Below are positions 31,826 to 41,988 of a DNA stretch of 64,000 nucleotides, one piece after another. The notes beneath the pieces were generated by a model. It had not been told where the DNA came from, did not search any database, and saw only the letters and a program-made list of their open reading frames with translations. The DNA comes from Acidobacteriota bacterium. Its GTDB lineage: Bacteria > Acidobacteriota > UBA890 > WLXD01. The first letter of the stretch is position 1. Every line of letters starts with the position of its first letter. The stretch is from the NCBI GenBank assembly GCA_963666215.2, contig CAXWPL010000003.1, forward strand, positions 320,001 to 384,000, in the 5' to 3' direction. Both the position numbers and the translations under genes were made by a program.

Positions 31826-32488
31826 CCGCGTGGACGGTGGGGGCGTGGTGGCGACCTGTTGTATCGCTGGGGCAATCCACAGGTCTACGGACGAGGCGAC
31901 GAAGAAGATCAGCAACTCGGCTATCAACACGACCCGCGCTGGATCCCCGCGGGCCATCCGGGCGCCGGCAACCTGCTGATCTTCAGCAACCGCAATGGCG
32001 ACGACGACAACACCTACTCCGCCGTAGTCGAGATCGCACCGCCCACCGACGCCGACGGGCGCTACGTCGTTCCGGAGAGCGAAGCCTTCGGTCCAGCGGA
32101 ACCGGCCTGGCGTTACACCGCCCCTGAGCCAACCGATTTCTTCGCGCCGTTCATCTCGGGCGCGCAAAGGCTCGCGAACGGCAACACGCTGATCAACTCG
32201 GGGCCGCAGGGTCGCTTCTTCGAGGTGACTCCCGGGGGAAAGATCGTCTGGGAGTATCGCGACCCCTACTCGGGGCAGGTGCGCATGGCCGACGGGTCCA
32301 CACCGCATCCGGTAGCTGACTTCACCCACGCTGTCTTCCGCGCCACCAAGATCACGCCCGATCACCCTGCGTTACAGGCCAGACAGCTTGGTCCGCTCGA
32401 CCCACAGCCCCCGATCCCGGAATCGACGGCGCCCCCCGAACCCGCAGAGGAAGACGTAAGCGAAGAAGAGGACGTATCTGAAGAATGA
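31826..32488 (+). pseudogene. Aryl-sulfate sulfotransferase (ASST)-like C-terminal fragment
   Basis: GGDLLYRWGNP, QHDPRWI, FISGAQRLANGNTLI..GRFFEVT..G.IVWEY begin immediately after the M20 stop codon with no start codon or N-terminal half. Confidence 0.75.
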
Positions 32489-32754
32489 GCGATCTCACCG
32501 CGCTGCTGGTACTTGTTGGCGCGGCGATCGCCCTGCTCTACGGCATCGGCCGCGCGCTGAAGAAACGGGAGGAGCGCTGGGAGAGCGACGACTGGCGGCG
32601 GAAGACGCCCACCATCAAGGTCGGCAACGCTCTGCTCGAGATCCAGTCTCTTGTCGATCCGGGGGCCCGCGCGGCACTCGAAGAAAGGCAGCGCGAGCGC
32701 AAGGAAGAAGAGGGCGAAGGCGACCCGCCAACCGCGGGCGACAGCGCGGTCTGA
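32485..32754 (+). CDS. Small membrane-anchored hypothetical protein
   Basis: N-terminal TM helix; GNALLEIQSLVDPG and an acidic tail; ATGA overlap with the upstream stop. Confidence 0.65.
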   Translation: MSDLTALLVLVGAAIALLYGIGRALKKREERWESDDWRRKTPTIKVGNALLEIQSLVDPGARAALEERQRERKEEEGEGDPPTAGDSAV

Positions 32755-32769
32755 ATCAGCGGTCGGCCG

Positions 32770-33093
32770 CTAGCCGATGCCCATGCGACCGACGACAACC
32801 GTGATGTTGTCGGTGCCGCCGTTCGCGATTGCTGAAACATGCTCGCCCAGCACCTCAACCGCGGTGCGGCTGGCGAGCTGACCCCCGTCGGAGCCTTTCA
32901 CGCCATCCGCCACGACGAACAGCAGGGCGTGCGAATCCTCGAGTCCCGGAAGTCCACTCACGTCGAGGCTGGTATAGAGAGGCTCGGCGGACTTGTGGAG
33001 CTGCACGATCAAGAACGCGTCTTCGTTCGAGTCCCGTCTCTTGCCTTCGTCAGTAATCCCGAAGAGATCGTGCTCCACCTTGTCTTCAGTCAT
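32770..33093 (-). pseudogene. PP2C-family Ser/Thr phosphatase with a large internal deletion
   Basis: TDEGKRRDSNEDAF and LFVVADG are joined almost directly to the C-terminal GGTDNITVVV; the central motifs are absent (107 aa in total). Confidence 0.8.
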
Positions 33094-33592
33094 CGCTCTG
33101 GCTCAACGTTGCGGTGGCAAGCCGGTGAAAGGCTTCCTCAACGTGATCCCCGGTTTTGGCGCTGGTCAGAAAAAAGGGCAACCTCGCCGACTCCAGGCGA
33201 CTGTAGGCGTCGCTGCCCAGCTGCCAGTCGCTCTCGAGGTCGCTCTTGTTGAGCGCAACAATCGACGGCACGTCGCCGACCGCTTCGACCACACGATCTC
33301 GCAACTCGAAGGCGCCGTCGAGCGTGTCGGGACGCGTGCCGTCGACCACATAGAGAATCGCGGCCGCGCCGCGGAGATAACTGACTCGCAGATCGCCACC
33401 GTTGCCCCGGCCCTCGAGGTCCCAGAGCAACAGGTTGACGTCGGTGCCACCGAGATCGACCGGCTTACGATCGATTTTCACCCCAACGGTGGATAGATAT
33501 CTCTCTGAGAAAATCGAGTCGACGAACTGTCGCACCAGGCTGGTCTTGCCTGTGGCGTGAAACCCAACCATGCAGATTTTCTTCTGGATCAA
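33086..33592 (-). CDS. Rab-like small GTPase
   Basis: KKICMVG; G1 GFHATGKTS; G2 YLSTVG; G3 WDLEG; G4 NKSD; G5 SAKTG; TTG start with GGAG RBS. Confidence 0.9.
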   Translation of the reverse strand: MIQKKICMVGFHATGKTSLVRQFVDSIFSERYLSTVGVKIDRKPVDLGGTDVNLLLWDLEGRGNGGDLRVSYLRGAAAILYVVDGTRPDTLDGAFELRDRVVEAVGDVPSIVALNKSDLESDWQLGSDAYSRLESARLPFFLTSAKTGDHVEEAFHRLATATLSQSDD

Positions 33593-33750
33593 GGCTCCGC
33601 TTCCTCGGCGGCGAGCGTGAGGATGAACGATACGCTGCGATTCAGCGCTCCCGGCTCTGCACCGGCGGGCGCAGTGAGCGGCTCGGGTGGTCACCCGGCT
33701 CCGACGGTCAGATGCGGCCCAAAGCGGACAGCAGCGAGTTTCCCTGCCAT
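33589..33750 (-). pseudogene. OmpA-like domain C-terminal remnant
   Basis: Minus-strand reading EPL..ALNRSVSFIL..EP* resembles the OmpA C-terminal NR.V.F motif; its TGA overlaps the GTPase TTG. Upstream part is frameshifted and the 5' limit is approximate. Confidence 0.45.
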
Positions 33751-33767
33751 CCCTCGAGTGCCCACGG

Positions 33768-34064
33768 CTACCCGTAGAACACTGCCAGCCAAACAGTTTC
33801 CTCGTCGGGGTCGGTCCATTCAATCCGGTGCCGCACGCGCGCCGGGATGTCGACATGGTCGCCTGGCCCGAGATCGAGGCACTCGGCGTCGCCCTCGAAG
33901 CGCAGCCGCGCTCGCCCGGACAGCAGCGTTACCCACTCCGCCTCGGCCTGGTCGTACCAGAAGTCGGGGGGAGAACAATGGCCGCGAGAGACAATGCGCT
34001 CGATGCGGACGTGCTCTCGCTCCAACAGCGACTCGACGATCTCCTCGCCTTTCCCGTTCACCAT
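33768..34064 (-). CDS. Cupin-domain protein
   Basis: RIERIVSRGH.SP..FWYDQ..EWV.LLSG..IPARVRHRIEWT..TVWLAVFY. The N-terminus may be shortened. Confidence 0.8.
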   Translation of the reverse strand: MVNGKGEEIVESLLEREHVRIERIVSRGHCSPPDFWYDQAEAEWVTLLSGRARLRFEGDAECLDLGPGDHVDIPARVRHRIEWTDPDEETVWLAVFYG

Positions 34065-34327
34065 CGACGCATTGTGCCGCCGGATGCACGCTCGCTCAAT
34101 CGGCACGCCGCAGACCTCCGAAAAGCAACCGGCAGCCAGCGTGATCGAACCGCATCGCTCGGGTAGAATGCGGCTGGATCCCATCGGGATTCCGCCTGAC
34201 GGCACCGAACTGGCCTGAGCCCTGAGTGCTGCCGCGATCCGATCTTGGATGTCGCCGGCCGGCCGACAACCGCGCGTTCTCCGCGCGCGCGCCCGCTCGG
34301 CTTCGTCCTCCGCAAGAGAGAGCGACA

Positions 34328-35329
34328 ATGAGCAATCGATGGGCAGACTTCGGCAAGGTCGCCGTCCGCCAGATGGCCAACGTGAAGCCAGGCGAGACCT
34401 TCCTCGTGCTTGCCGACACCGCCACCGACAGAGACTTGGCGGCGGCCTCGCAGCAGGCCGGAATCGACGTGGGCGCACGTGCCGCGCTGTTGACCATCCC
34501 GTCTATGGACACCAGCGACGCCAGCGATCTTGATCCGGCGACGATTGCCGCGATCGCCACGGCCGACGTGATTCTGGGCCTGTGCGCCTCGACGTTCGTC
34601 GAGAAGGAGTCGACGATGAGGGCTCTCGAAGGCAAGCTGCGCATCACGTCGACCAATATCGAGGGGATGGAGGACTTCGTGACCGAGGGCATCCGCGACG
34701 TCGACTACCCACTCATGATCGAGATCGGCAACAAGATCGGCGAGCTGTGGATGAAGACCGAGCTGTGCCGCGTGACCTCGCCTTTTGGCACCGACATCAG
34801 CTTCGATATGCGCGATCGGCCCATCGACGTCGGCCACGGCATCGTGAAGAACCCGGGCGAGGCCGACTACTTCCCTGGCGTCTCGGTTGCGAACGCTCCC
34901 ATCGAGTCGACGATTCAGGGGACGATCGTCGTCGATGGCAACGTCCCGCCGGGGCGCTTGGTCGAAGAACCGGTGACGCTACGGGTTAAGGACGGGATCA
35001 TCGTGGCCTTCGAGGGTGGCGCCGACGCCGATGCCGTGCGCGAGTTCTTCGAGGCCAGCGGCGACCCCATCGCCACGCATATCTGCCACTTCACGCTCGG
35101 GCTCAATCCGCGTGCGCGCACCTCGGGCAGCATCCACCAGGACGAGCACGTGCTCGGTGCCATCACCTTCGGCTTCGGCGCGCAGAACGCCATCTTCGGT
35201 GGCAACGTCCCGCCCTGTGGCGTGCACTGCGATGTGGTGTTGACGACGGGCAAGATCGAGATCGACGGCAAGGTGATGCTCGACAACAACGTGCTCAGCG
35301 AAGAGATGGGACTCGGCGGGATCGCTTGA
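34328..35329 (+). CDS. M29/thermophilic-metalloprotease-like protein (leucyl aminopeptidase or NicX-like)
   Basis: NVKPGETFLV, VTSPFGTDISF, PGEADYFP, GTIVVDG, HICHFTLGLNP, DEH, HCDVV. Confidence 0.75.
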   Translation: MSNRWADFGKVAVRQMANVKPGETFLVLADTATDRDLAAASQQAGIDVGARAALLTIPSMDTSDASDLDPATIAAIATADVILGLCASTFVEKESTMRALEGKLRITSTNIEGMEDFVTEGIRDVDYPLMIEIGNKIGELWMKTELCRVTSPFGTDISFDMRDRPIDVGHGIVKNPGEADYFPGVSVANAPIESTIQGTIVVDGNVPPGRLVEEPVTLRVKDGIIVAFEGGADADAVREFFEASGDPIATHICHFTLGLNPRARTSGSIHQDEHVLGAITFGFGAQNAIFGGNVPPCGVHCDVVLTTGKIEIDGKVMLDNNVLSEEMGLGGIA

Positions 35330-35393
35330 TCGGAGCTGGTTGGATTCGAGCCAGCGCGAGTCGGGGTCGTGACGTGAACGGCCCCGGCGGCTG

Positions 35394-36218
35394 ATGTCGT
35401 CGGTCTCGGAGCTGCTGCGATCGTTCCGCCACCCCGGCTTCGGGCTGGTGTGGTCGTCGATCTGTCTGAACGGCTGGTCGTCACACGTTTCCACCATCGC
35501 GATCAGCTGGCTGGCGCTCGAGTTCACCGGCTCGCCGGTGGGTGTGGGGATTGCCCTGGCTACAAGGGTTCTCCCCAGGCTCTTCCTGGCGATCCCGTTC
35601 GGCAGCCTGTCGGATCGTCGTGACCGCCGGGTCTTGCTACAGGCAACCAACACGATCGGCGCCGGCATGGCGGCCTTGGCCGCCATCGCCAGCCTCCAAG
35701 GCTGGTTCGGCTTCGGGAGCGTGATCCTGGTGGCGACGTTTGTCGGGGTGTTCGACGTTGCCGAAACGACGCTTGCCAAGTCGTTCGTCTACGACGTCGT
35801 CGGACCCGACGACGCCGTGAACGGTATGGCTCTCGAGCAGCTCGCCAACAAGCTGTTCGGCGTCATCGGAGGGGTCACAACCGGCATTGTGATGTCGCTC
35901 TGGGGCGGCGTCGGCGCCTTCGTGATGATGTCGATCGCCTACGGCTGCAGCGCCTTCCTGTTGATGCTGATGCCGCGCGTAGCTCCCACCGCCGGCTCGT
36001 TTCGCGAAGTGGCTTCGTTGGCCGACGGGGAAGCCGACGACGAGCAGCCAGCGATCTGGGAATCGATGCTGCAGCTCCTGCAAACACCGTCCGTGCTCGT
36101 GTTCGCTGTCATCGCGCTTGCCGGCGAAGTGTTCGCCTACTCGCACGAGGCGCTCGCCCCCTCCTTTGCGCGCGACATCCTCAACGTCGGCGAGCGTGGT
36201 CTCGGCCCAGCTGGCTGA
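35394..36218 (+). pseudogene. MFS transporter, C-terminally truncated
   Basis: MFS motif A (GSLSDRRDRR) and about 7 TM segments; ends at a junction near 36200 with an ABC permease fragment. Confidence 0.72.
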
Positions 36219-37923
36219 ACAGTATCCAATCGACAACGAGGGCCGCAGGCTGACGCTGGTGCCCACGCTGCAGGCGCGGGTGAATCCGAACGTGCGCGAC
36301 GGCTTCGTGCAGGCAATCGGGCTCATGGTCGTCATCGTTGGCTTGGTACTGCTCATTGCCTGTGCCAACGTCGCCAACTTGCTGCTGTCGAAGGCAACCG
36401 GGCGCCGCCAGGAAGTGGCGATGAAGCTGGCGCTCGGGGCGCGCAGCGGCCGCCTGCTACGGCAGTTGCTGACCGAGAGTGTGCTGCTGGCGCTCGTCGG
36501 CGCGGCGGTCGGGCTGCTTGTTGCCCAGTGGACAACAGGGCTCTTGATCAGAGCGATTCCACCAACGCCGTTCCCCATCGCGTTCTCCTTCGATCTCAAC
36601 GGCTCGGTGCTAATGGCGACGCTCGGCATTGCCGTCGGCACCGGGCTGATCTTCGGCTTGGCGCCGGCGCTGCAGGCGTCGCGCGCCGACGTTGCGTCGG
36701 TGCTCAAGAACGAGTCGGCAGCGTCCATGGGAGTCGACCGCCGTTTTGGCCTGCGCAACCTCCTGGTTATCGGGCAGGTCGCGATCTCGCTGATACTGCT
36801 CGTTGGCGCCGGACTGTTTATCCGCAGCATGCGCTCCGCACAGGCGATCGATCCAAGGTTCGTGATCGACGGCGGCCTGGTGGTGACAATGAACCTCGAT
36901 CTCGAGGGGTACACGCCGGAGAACGGCCGTGCGTTCCTGCGCGAGCTCACCGAGCGGGTGGGAGCCACGCCTGGGGTGGAATCGGCAGCCGTCGCTCAGT
37001 CGCTCCCCCTGAGCCTGTTCGGAGCCGGTCTGTCGCGGACAGTCTTCATCGAGGGAGCACCAGCAGCCAACGAAGAAGATGGTGTTCTGGTTGGCGTCAA
37101 CAGCGTCGGCCTCGGGTTCTTCCGAACGATTGGCATTCCGATCGTCCAGGGCCGTACCTTCGACGTCACCGACAACGTCGACAGCGCGCGCGCGGCGATC
37201 GTCAATGAAGTCATGGCGGAGACGTTCTGGCGCGGAGAAAATCCGGTCGGCCGCCGCTTCATGTACCACGGCCAGCTCGACCGCCCGCTCACCGTGGTGG
37301 GAGTCGCCGCCTACGCCAAGGTGGGCACGCTTGGAGAAGACCCGACGCCTCTCATCTACATGCCGCTGGAACAAGAGTACAGCGGCGGCATCTTCCTGCA
37401 GGCGCGAGTCGAAGGTGAGCCTCTGGCGCGCGCCGACGACGTCCGGCGCTCTATCCGCGAGCTCGATCCGGAGATGCCGGTGTTCGGCATCACCACGCTG
37501 CGCGATCAGCTCGACGCCTCGCTCTTCCCCTCCCGCGTGGGCGCCGGCATGCTGGGCGTATTCGGCCTGCTCGGTCTGACCCTCGCGGCGATCGGCCTGT
37601 ACGGCGTGATGAACTATTCGGTGGCACGACGAACCCGCGAGATCGGCATTCGCATGGCGCTCGGCGCCAATCCCGCCGGCGTCCTGTCGCTCGTGCTCCG
37701 ACAGGCCCTTCTTCTGGTGGGCGTGGGTTTGCTGGTCGGCGTAGTCCTGGCAGCGCTGATGGGCCGTCAGATGGCCAGCTTGCTCTACGGTGTCAGTGGC
37801 ACCGATTTGCTCGCGTTCGGAGGGACTTCTCTGGTACTTCTGCTTGTGGCCGCTGTAGCCAGCCTGGTTCCGGCACTGCGCGCGACCCGCGTCGATCCGG
37901 TACGGGCGCTGAAATTCGAGTAG
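36196..37923 (+). pseudogene. ADOP/MacB-FtsX ABC permease, N-terminal part missing
   Basis: VLLIACANVANLLL, RQLLTES, QVAISLILLVGAGLF, RRTREIGIRMALGA, VDPVRALKFE. No N-terminal domain or plausible start. Confidence 0.8.
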
Positions 37924-38006
37924 CCGCTGCAGGGACTTGTTCCAAACTGCGAGCACTGGCGACCGCAGCGCGTGGAGGTTCCTCTTTCGTGATCGAGCAG
38001 GGTGTC

Positions 38007-38882
38007 ATGAACGACCCCGGCGCCGCACCGTTGCCGTTCTCCAAACGGTTACACAAGCGACGGCTGTTGTGGTGGGGACGCCCTCGCACCTGGCGGCGGC
38101 TTGGCGACTTCACAGGGCCCCTGAGGGGGCTGCCGCTACGTTTCACGTCGCACAGCCGAGACACGCCTGACGAGATCTGGCGGCGTGGTCCGCACTGGCA
38201 GAGAAGACTGAACAACAAGTGGAACTCGCGCGAGTTCGCACAACTACACGGCTGCCAGGTGGCGCGGCTGTACTGGCACGGTCGACGGCTCTCGAAGCTA
38301 CCGCAGCCACTCCCCGAGCACTTCGTAGTCCGACTCGCGTGGGGCGAAGCCAAGAAACAGGTCTACATTTTCTGGGGCGAGCGGGAGATTCTGCGCGACG
38401 TCGTCGTCGAGCGAACGCGATTGCGCCGGTTCCTACGGCAAGCATTCGGACACTTCTCGCCTGACCTGATCCTCGTGGAGGAATTCCTTCGTCACGAAAG
38501 CGGGCGACTCGAGAGACCCGTGGAAGTCAGGTGCTACATGTTCGGCAGCACGGTCGCGGCGATCCAATGTCTGGGGCGTGAAGAAGGCGTTGAGACTCGC
38601 TTCTACGGGTTGCCTTGGAAAGCTTTCGAGTCGCCGCTGGTGCGGATCGACCATCCGCGGCGGCAGTTCAGCCCTCCAGCCTGCCTCGATGAGCTCCTCG
38701 CCAGTTCCCGACGCATGGGTGCCGAATACCAGACGTTTGTCAGGATCGACTACTACGTTACCGATCACGGCTGTGTGTTCGGCGAGTTCTCCACCGTCCC
38801 TGGACGTGGCAACATCTTCACTCCCTGCGGCAACGAGTACTTCGGCAGGGTTTGGGAAGAAACTATCCCGGACGAGATCTGA
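38007..38882 (+). CDS. TupA-like ATP-grasp fold protein, paralog A
   Basis: NKWNSREF, LPEHFVVR, ILVEEFL, EVRCYMF, PPACLDEL, FVRIDYY, FGEFS.P. Confidence 0.7.
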   Translation: MNDPGAAPLPFSKRLHKRRLLWWGRPRTWRRLGDFTGPLRGLPLRFTSHSRDTPDEIWRRGPHWQRRLNNKWNSREFAQLHGCQVARLYWHGRRLSKLPQPLPEHFVVRLAWGEAKKQVYIFWGEREILRDVVVERTRLRRFLRQAFGHFSPDLILVEEFLRHESGRLERPVEVRCYMFGSTVAAIQCLGREEGVETRFYGLPWKAFESPLVRIDHPRRQFSPPACLDELLASSRRMGAEYQTFVRIDYYVTDHGCVFGEFSTVPGRGNIFTPCGNEYFGRVWEETIPDEI

Positions 38883-38965
38883 GCGCTGAGCACGATCTCG
38901 TCGTCCCTCGAGGCGAACACTGAAGCCACAGGAGATCCCGGGGTCGGCACTCGAGCGATGTTGCG

Positions 38966-39853
38966 ATGAACGAGGAATCTGACCACCGAGCTTCTTTCTC
39001 CGACAGGCTCGAGAAGCGACGGCGCCTGTGGTGGGGACGCCCTCGCACCTGGCGGCGGCTTGGCGACTTCACCGGGCCGATCGGGCGGCTCCCGATGCGC
39101 TTGGTGCTGCACAATCGCCACACCCCAGACAATGTGTGGCGGCGAGGCAAATACTGGCAGCGCAAGCTCAACAACAAGTGGAACTCGCGCGAGTTTGCAC
39201 TGCGCCACGGGTGTCGTGTGCCGGAGCTGTATTGGCACGGTCGACGCGTGCGAGACCTGCCGCTCCACGCCATGCCCGAACAGTTCGTCGTACGGCGAAC
39301 GTGGGGCAGCGCACAGAGAGCTGTGTGCGTTTTCGCGGGCGGGCGTGAGCTACTCCGAAACATCGAGCTGCCGCTCTCCCGCGTGCACGATTATCTTGCC
39401 GACGAGCTCGGCACGTTCTCGTTCGATCTGATTCTCGCCGAGGAGTTCGTCGGGATCGAGTCGGGACGGTTCAGCCTGCCCTGGGAATACAAGTGCTACA
39501 TGTTCGGTGAGCACATCGCTGCGATCGCGCTCTTGCGCCGCTCGGCCGAGAACCCGAAGAAATACTCATGCGATCACTACACGCCGTCCTGGGACCCTAT
39601 CGAAGAGGACTTCTTGACCGTCGAGCGCAGTAACCTGGTGGAGTCACCGGCGTGCCTCGATGAAATGATCGCGAGCAGCAGGAGGCTCAGCGCCTCCTAC
39701 GGCTGCCCTGTGAGGATCGACTTCTACGCCACTGACAGCGGCTGCCTTTTCAGCGAGTTCTCTACGGTTCCGGCATTGGACCCCTACATTACGCCCTTCG
39801 CCGACGAGCTACTCGGCCGAGCCTGGCAAGAGAGATTCCCCGGCGAGGTCTGA
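38966..39853 (+). CDS. TupA-like ATP-grasp fold protein, paralog B
   Basis: Same motifs as paralog A: ILAEEF, EYKCYMFG, VRIDFY, FSEFS.P. Confidence 0.72.
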   Translation: MNEESDHRASFSDRLEKRRRLWWGRPRTWRRLGDFTGPIGRLPMRLVLHNRHTPDNVWRRGKYWQRKLNNKWNSREFALRHGCRVPELYWHGRRVRDLPLHAMPEQFVVRRTWGSAQRAVCVFAGGRELLRNIELPLSRVHDYLADELGTFSFDLILAEEFVGIESGRFSLPWEYKCYMFGEHIAAIALLRRSAENPKKYSCDHYTPSWDPIEEDFLTVERSNLVESPACLDEMIASSRRLSASYGCPVRIDFYATDSGCLFSEFSTVPALDPYITPFADELLGRAWQERFPGEV

Positions 39854-40074
39854 GCCATCGGCGAGTAGAGCCTTCGGACCAGGCTCTAGCCGCCACTCGA
39901 CGCCCAGCGGTCGGCCAGCGAGAGCCCGCTCATCGTCGGCGTGAACAGCGCCTGGCGGCGCCGGCGGTCGCCCGCGCATACAATTCCGGCGCAAAGCTGA
40001 CGGTCGGCGCAGAACTCGGCGCAGCCGGCGAGAGCGCACACCGCTCGACCGGCGTGAAGGGACGGCACAAAGGC

Positions 40075-41208
40075 ATGAAAATCGAAACGTTCGAGCTCGA
40101 ACGAATCCAGTCACTGTGGGAAAACCTCGTCGAGATCAACCTGACCGAGAGCGGTATTCATCCGTACAGGCTCGACGAGATTCTCAGCACCGATGAGATC
40201 GCCGAGCTCGGTCGCATGCGGATTGGCTACGGGCAGACCAACGGCTCGATCGAGCTGCGCGAGGCGATCGCGGCGCTCTATCGCGACGCCGATCTCGACA
40301 ACGTTCTCGTGACCACGGGCTCCGCTGAAGCCAACTTCGTCGCCATGTGGAACCTGCTCGAGGCGGGCGACGAGCTCGTTCTGATGCTGCCCAACTATCT
40401 TCAGATCCAGGGCATTGCCAAGTCGTTCGGCGTCGAGGTCAAGCCGTTCCGTCTGCGCGAAGAGCTCGATTGGGCGCCGGACCTCGATGAGCTCCGCGCA
40501 GCTGTCTCGCCACGCACCAAGGTCATTGTGCTGTGCAATCCGAACAACCCCACCGGATCACTCCTCAGCGCGGCGTCGATGCGGGAGATCACCTCTCTGG
40601 CCACCGAGAACGACGCATGGATCTACGTCGACGAGGTCTACCGCGGCGCCGAGCTCAACCTGCCGCCCGAGGAGTCTTCGCCGAGCTTCTGGGATTTCGC
40701 CAGCCACCACGACAAGGTAATCGTCACGGGTGGTCTGTCGAAGGCCTATGCCCTGCCCGGTTTGCGCGTTGGCTGGCTGGTGGGCCCACACGGAACCATC
40801 GCCGACATGTGGGCGCGGCGCGACTACACCACCATCGCCACCAACATCATCAGCAACCGCGTCGGAGCTCGCGTGCTACAGGCCGACAAGCGACCGGTCA
40901 TCTTCGAGCGCAACCGCGCCATGCTGCGGCAAAACCTGGTGACGACGCAAGCCTGGGTTGAAAGCCACGGTGGACTCCTTCATTTCGTTCCGCCCAAGGC
41001 CGGCGGCATGGCGTTCATTCGCTACAATTTCGACATCAACTCCACGGACCTCAGCCTGCGGCTCCGCGAGAGCAAGGGGACCTTTGTCATCGCCGGCGAC
41101 TGCTTCGGGATGGACGGGTACCTGCGCATTGGTATGGGCGGCGAGCCGGACCAGCTGGTAGAGGGCCTCCAGCGAGTCGACGAGGTCATCGCCGACCTCG
41201 CGCGCTAG
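40075..41208 (+). CDS. Class I/II PLP-dependent aminotransferase
   Basis: CNPNNPTG, DEVYRG, PLP lysine motif GLSKAYALPGLRVGW. Confidence 0.9.
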   Translation: MKIETFELERIQSLWENLVEINLTESGIHPYRLDEILSTDEIAELGRMRIGYGQTNGSIELREAIAALYRDADLDNVLVTTGSAEANFVAMWNLLEAGDELVLMLPNYLQIQGIAKSFGVEVKPFRLREELDWAPDLDELRAAVSPRTKVIVLCNPNNPTGSLLSAASMREITSLATENDAWIYVDEVYRGAELNLPPEESSPSFWDFASHHDKVIVTGGLSKAYALPGLRVGWLVGPHGTIADMWARRDYTTIATNIISNRVGARVLQADKRPVIFERNRAMLRQNLVTTQAWVESHGGLLHFVPPKAGGMAFIRYNFDINSTDLSLRLRESKGTFVIAGDCFGMDGYLRIGMGGEPDQLVEGLQRVDEVIADLAR

Positions 41209-41212
41209 CGAT

Positions 41213-41242
41213 CGCGCCAGCCGCGCCAGCCGCGCTAGCCGC
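41213..41242. repeat. Short 9-bp tandem repeat, about 3 copies of CGCGC(C/T)AGC
   Basis: cgcgccagc-cgcgccagc-cgcgctagc-cgc just after the aminotransferase stop, which itself sits in cgcgctagc. Confidence 0.6.
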
Positions 41243-41346
41243 ACGATCCGGGCCGTTATCTCACACGCGACGGCTCGCCGCGGCGTTGTTGGGATCCAGG
41301 GGTCGACGGGGCTAACGGATTTGCTCGATCTCGTCGGCGAGTCCCG

Positions 41347-41901
41347 TCATTTCCCAACCACCGGCACCGCGCGCAGCTTGTTACCGGCATCGGCCACGCC
41401 GTCGGCACTGAGCGTGAGCGGCAGCTCACTGATTCGCAGCCTGCCTTGGCGCGTCGGGCCGGCTCCCGCCTGGGTTTGCAGATAGAAGCCCGGATCGCGG
41501 GACCAGGGCCGCATGACGCGGTGGTAAAAGTCGAGGCCGTTCATCTCAGCACGCACGAGCAGCAAGTCGGCCTGCTGCTCGACCGGCCATGTGGAGGCGC
41601 TCGACGCCCCTTCGATGGCCGCGAGGCGTTGCTGCAACGCCCCCAGGTGTCCATGCTGCGCGGCCATGGCTGCCGCGGAATAGTCCGGCGTGCCGTCGGG
41701 TGCGACCACTTCCTGCAGCTCGCGGAACTCAGTGAAGACACCGAGCAGATCTTCGTAGGTTGTCGCCTCGGCCCCTGCCGTATCGCGGCCGCTCCTTGCC
41801 GGGTCGCCTTCACCTGATTCAGCGCATGCCAAGACGCCAAGCAGCAGAGGCACTACACAGGCCAACGGCAACACCGGCGACAGGCGGATCCTGGCTCTCA
41901 T
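41347..41901 (-). pseudogene. DUF885-like lipoprotein, paralog 3, N-terminal third only
   Basis: Lipobox VLAC; GTPDYSAAAM and LVRAEMNGLDFYHRVMRPW match paralogs 1 and 2; ends after 184 aa. Confidence 0.78.
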
Positions 41902-41928
41902 GGCCTTGCTCTCCGATTTGCGGGCACG

Positions 41929-41962
41929 AAAAAGCGGAGGGGGATTCGCCTCCCCCCTCCGC
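41929..41962 (-). terminator. Rho-independent terminator of the TonB-dependent receptor gene
   Basis: Minus strand GCGGAGGGGG-loop-CCCCCTCCGC followed by TTTTT. Confidence 0.8.
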
Positions 41963-41988
41963 CAGATCGATACCAGCTGGTGACCTAC

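Noticed and set aside
34090-34327. Possible riboswitch or ncRNA in GC-rich intergenic gaps (also 4300-4500, 9160-9480, 39860-40070)
   Set aside because: No conserved riboswitch, tRNA or other ncRNA signature was recognisable by eye; an Rfam/Infernal scan would be needed.
40075-41208. Calling the aminotransferase a capreomycidine synthase in a secondary-metabolite cluster
   Set aside because: Only general class I/II motifs are visible and there are no NRPS or dioxygenase partner genes nearby.
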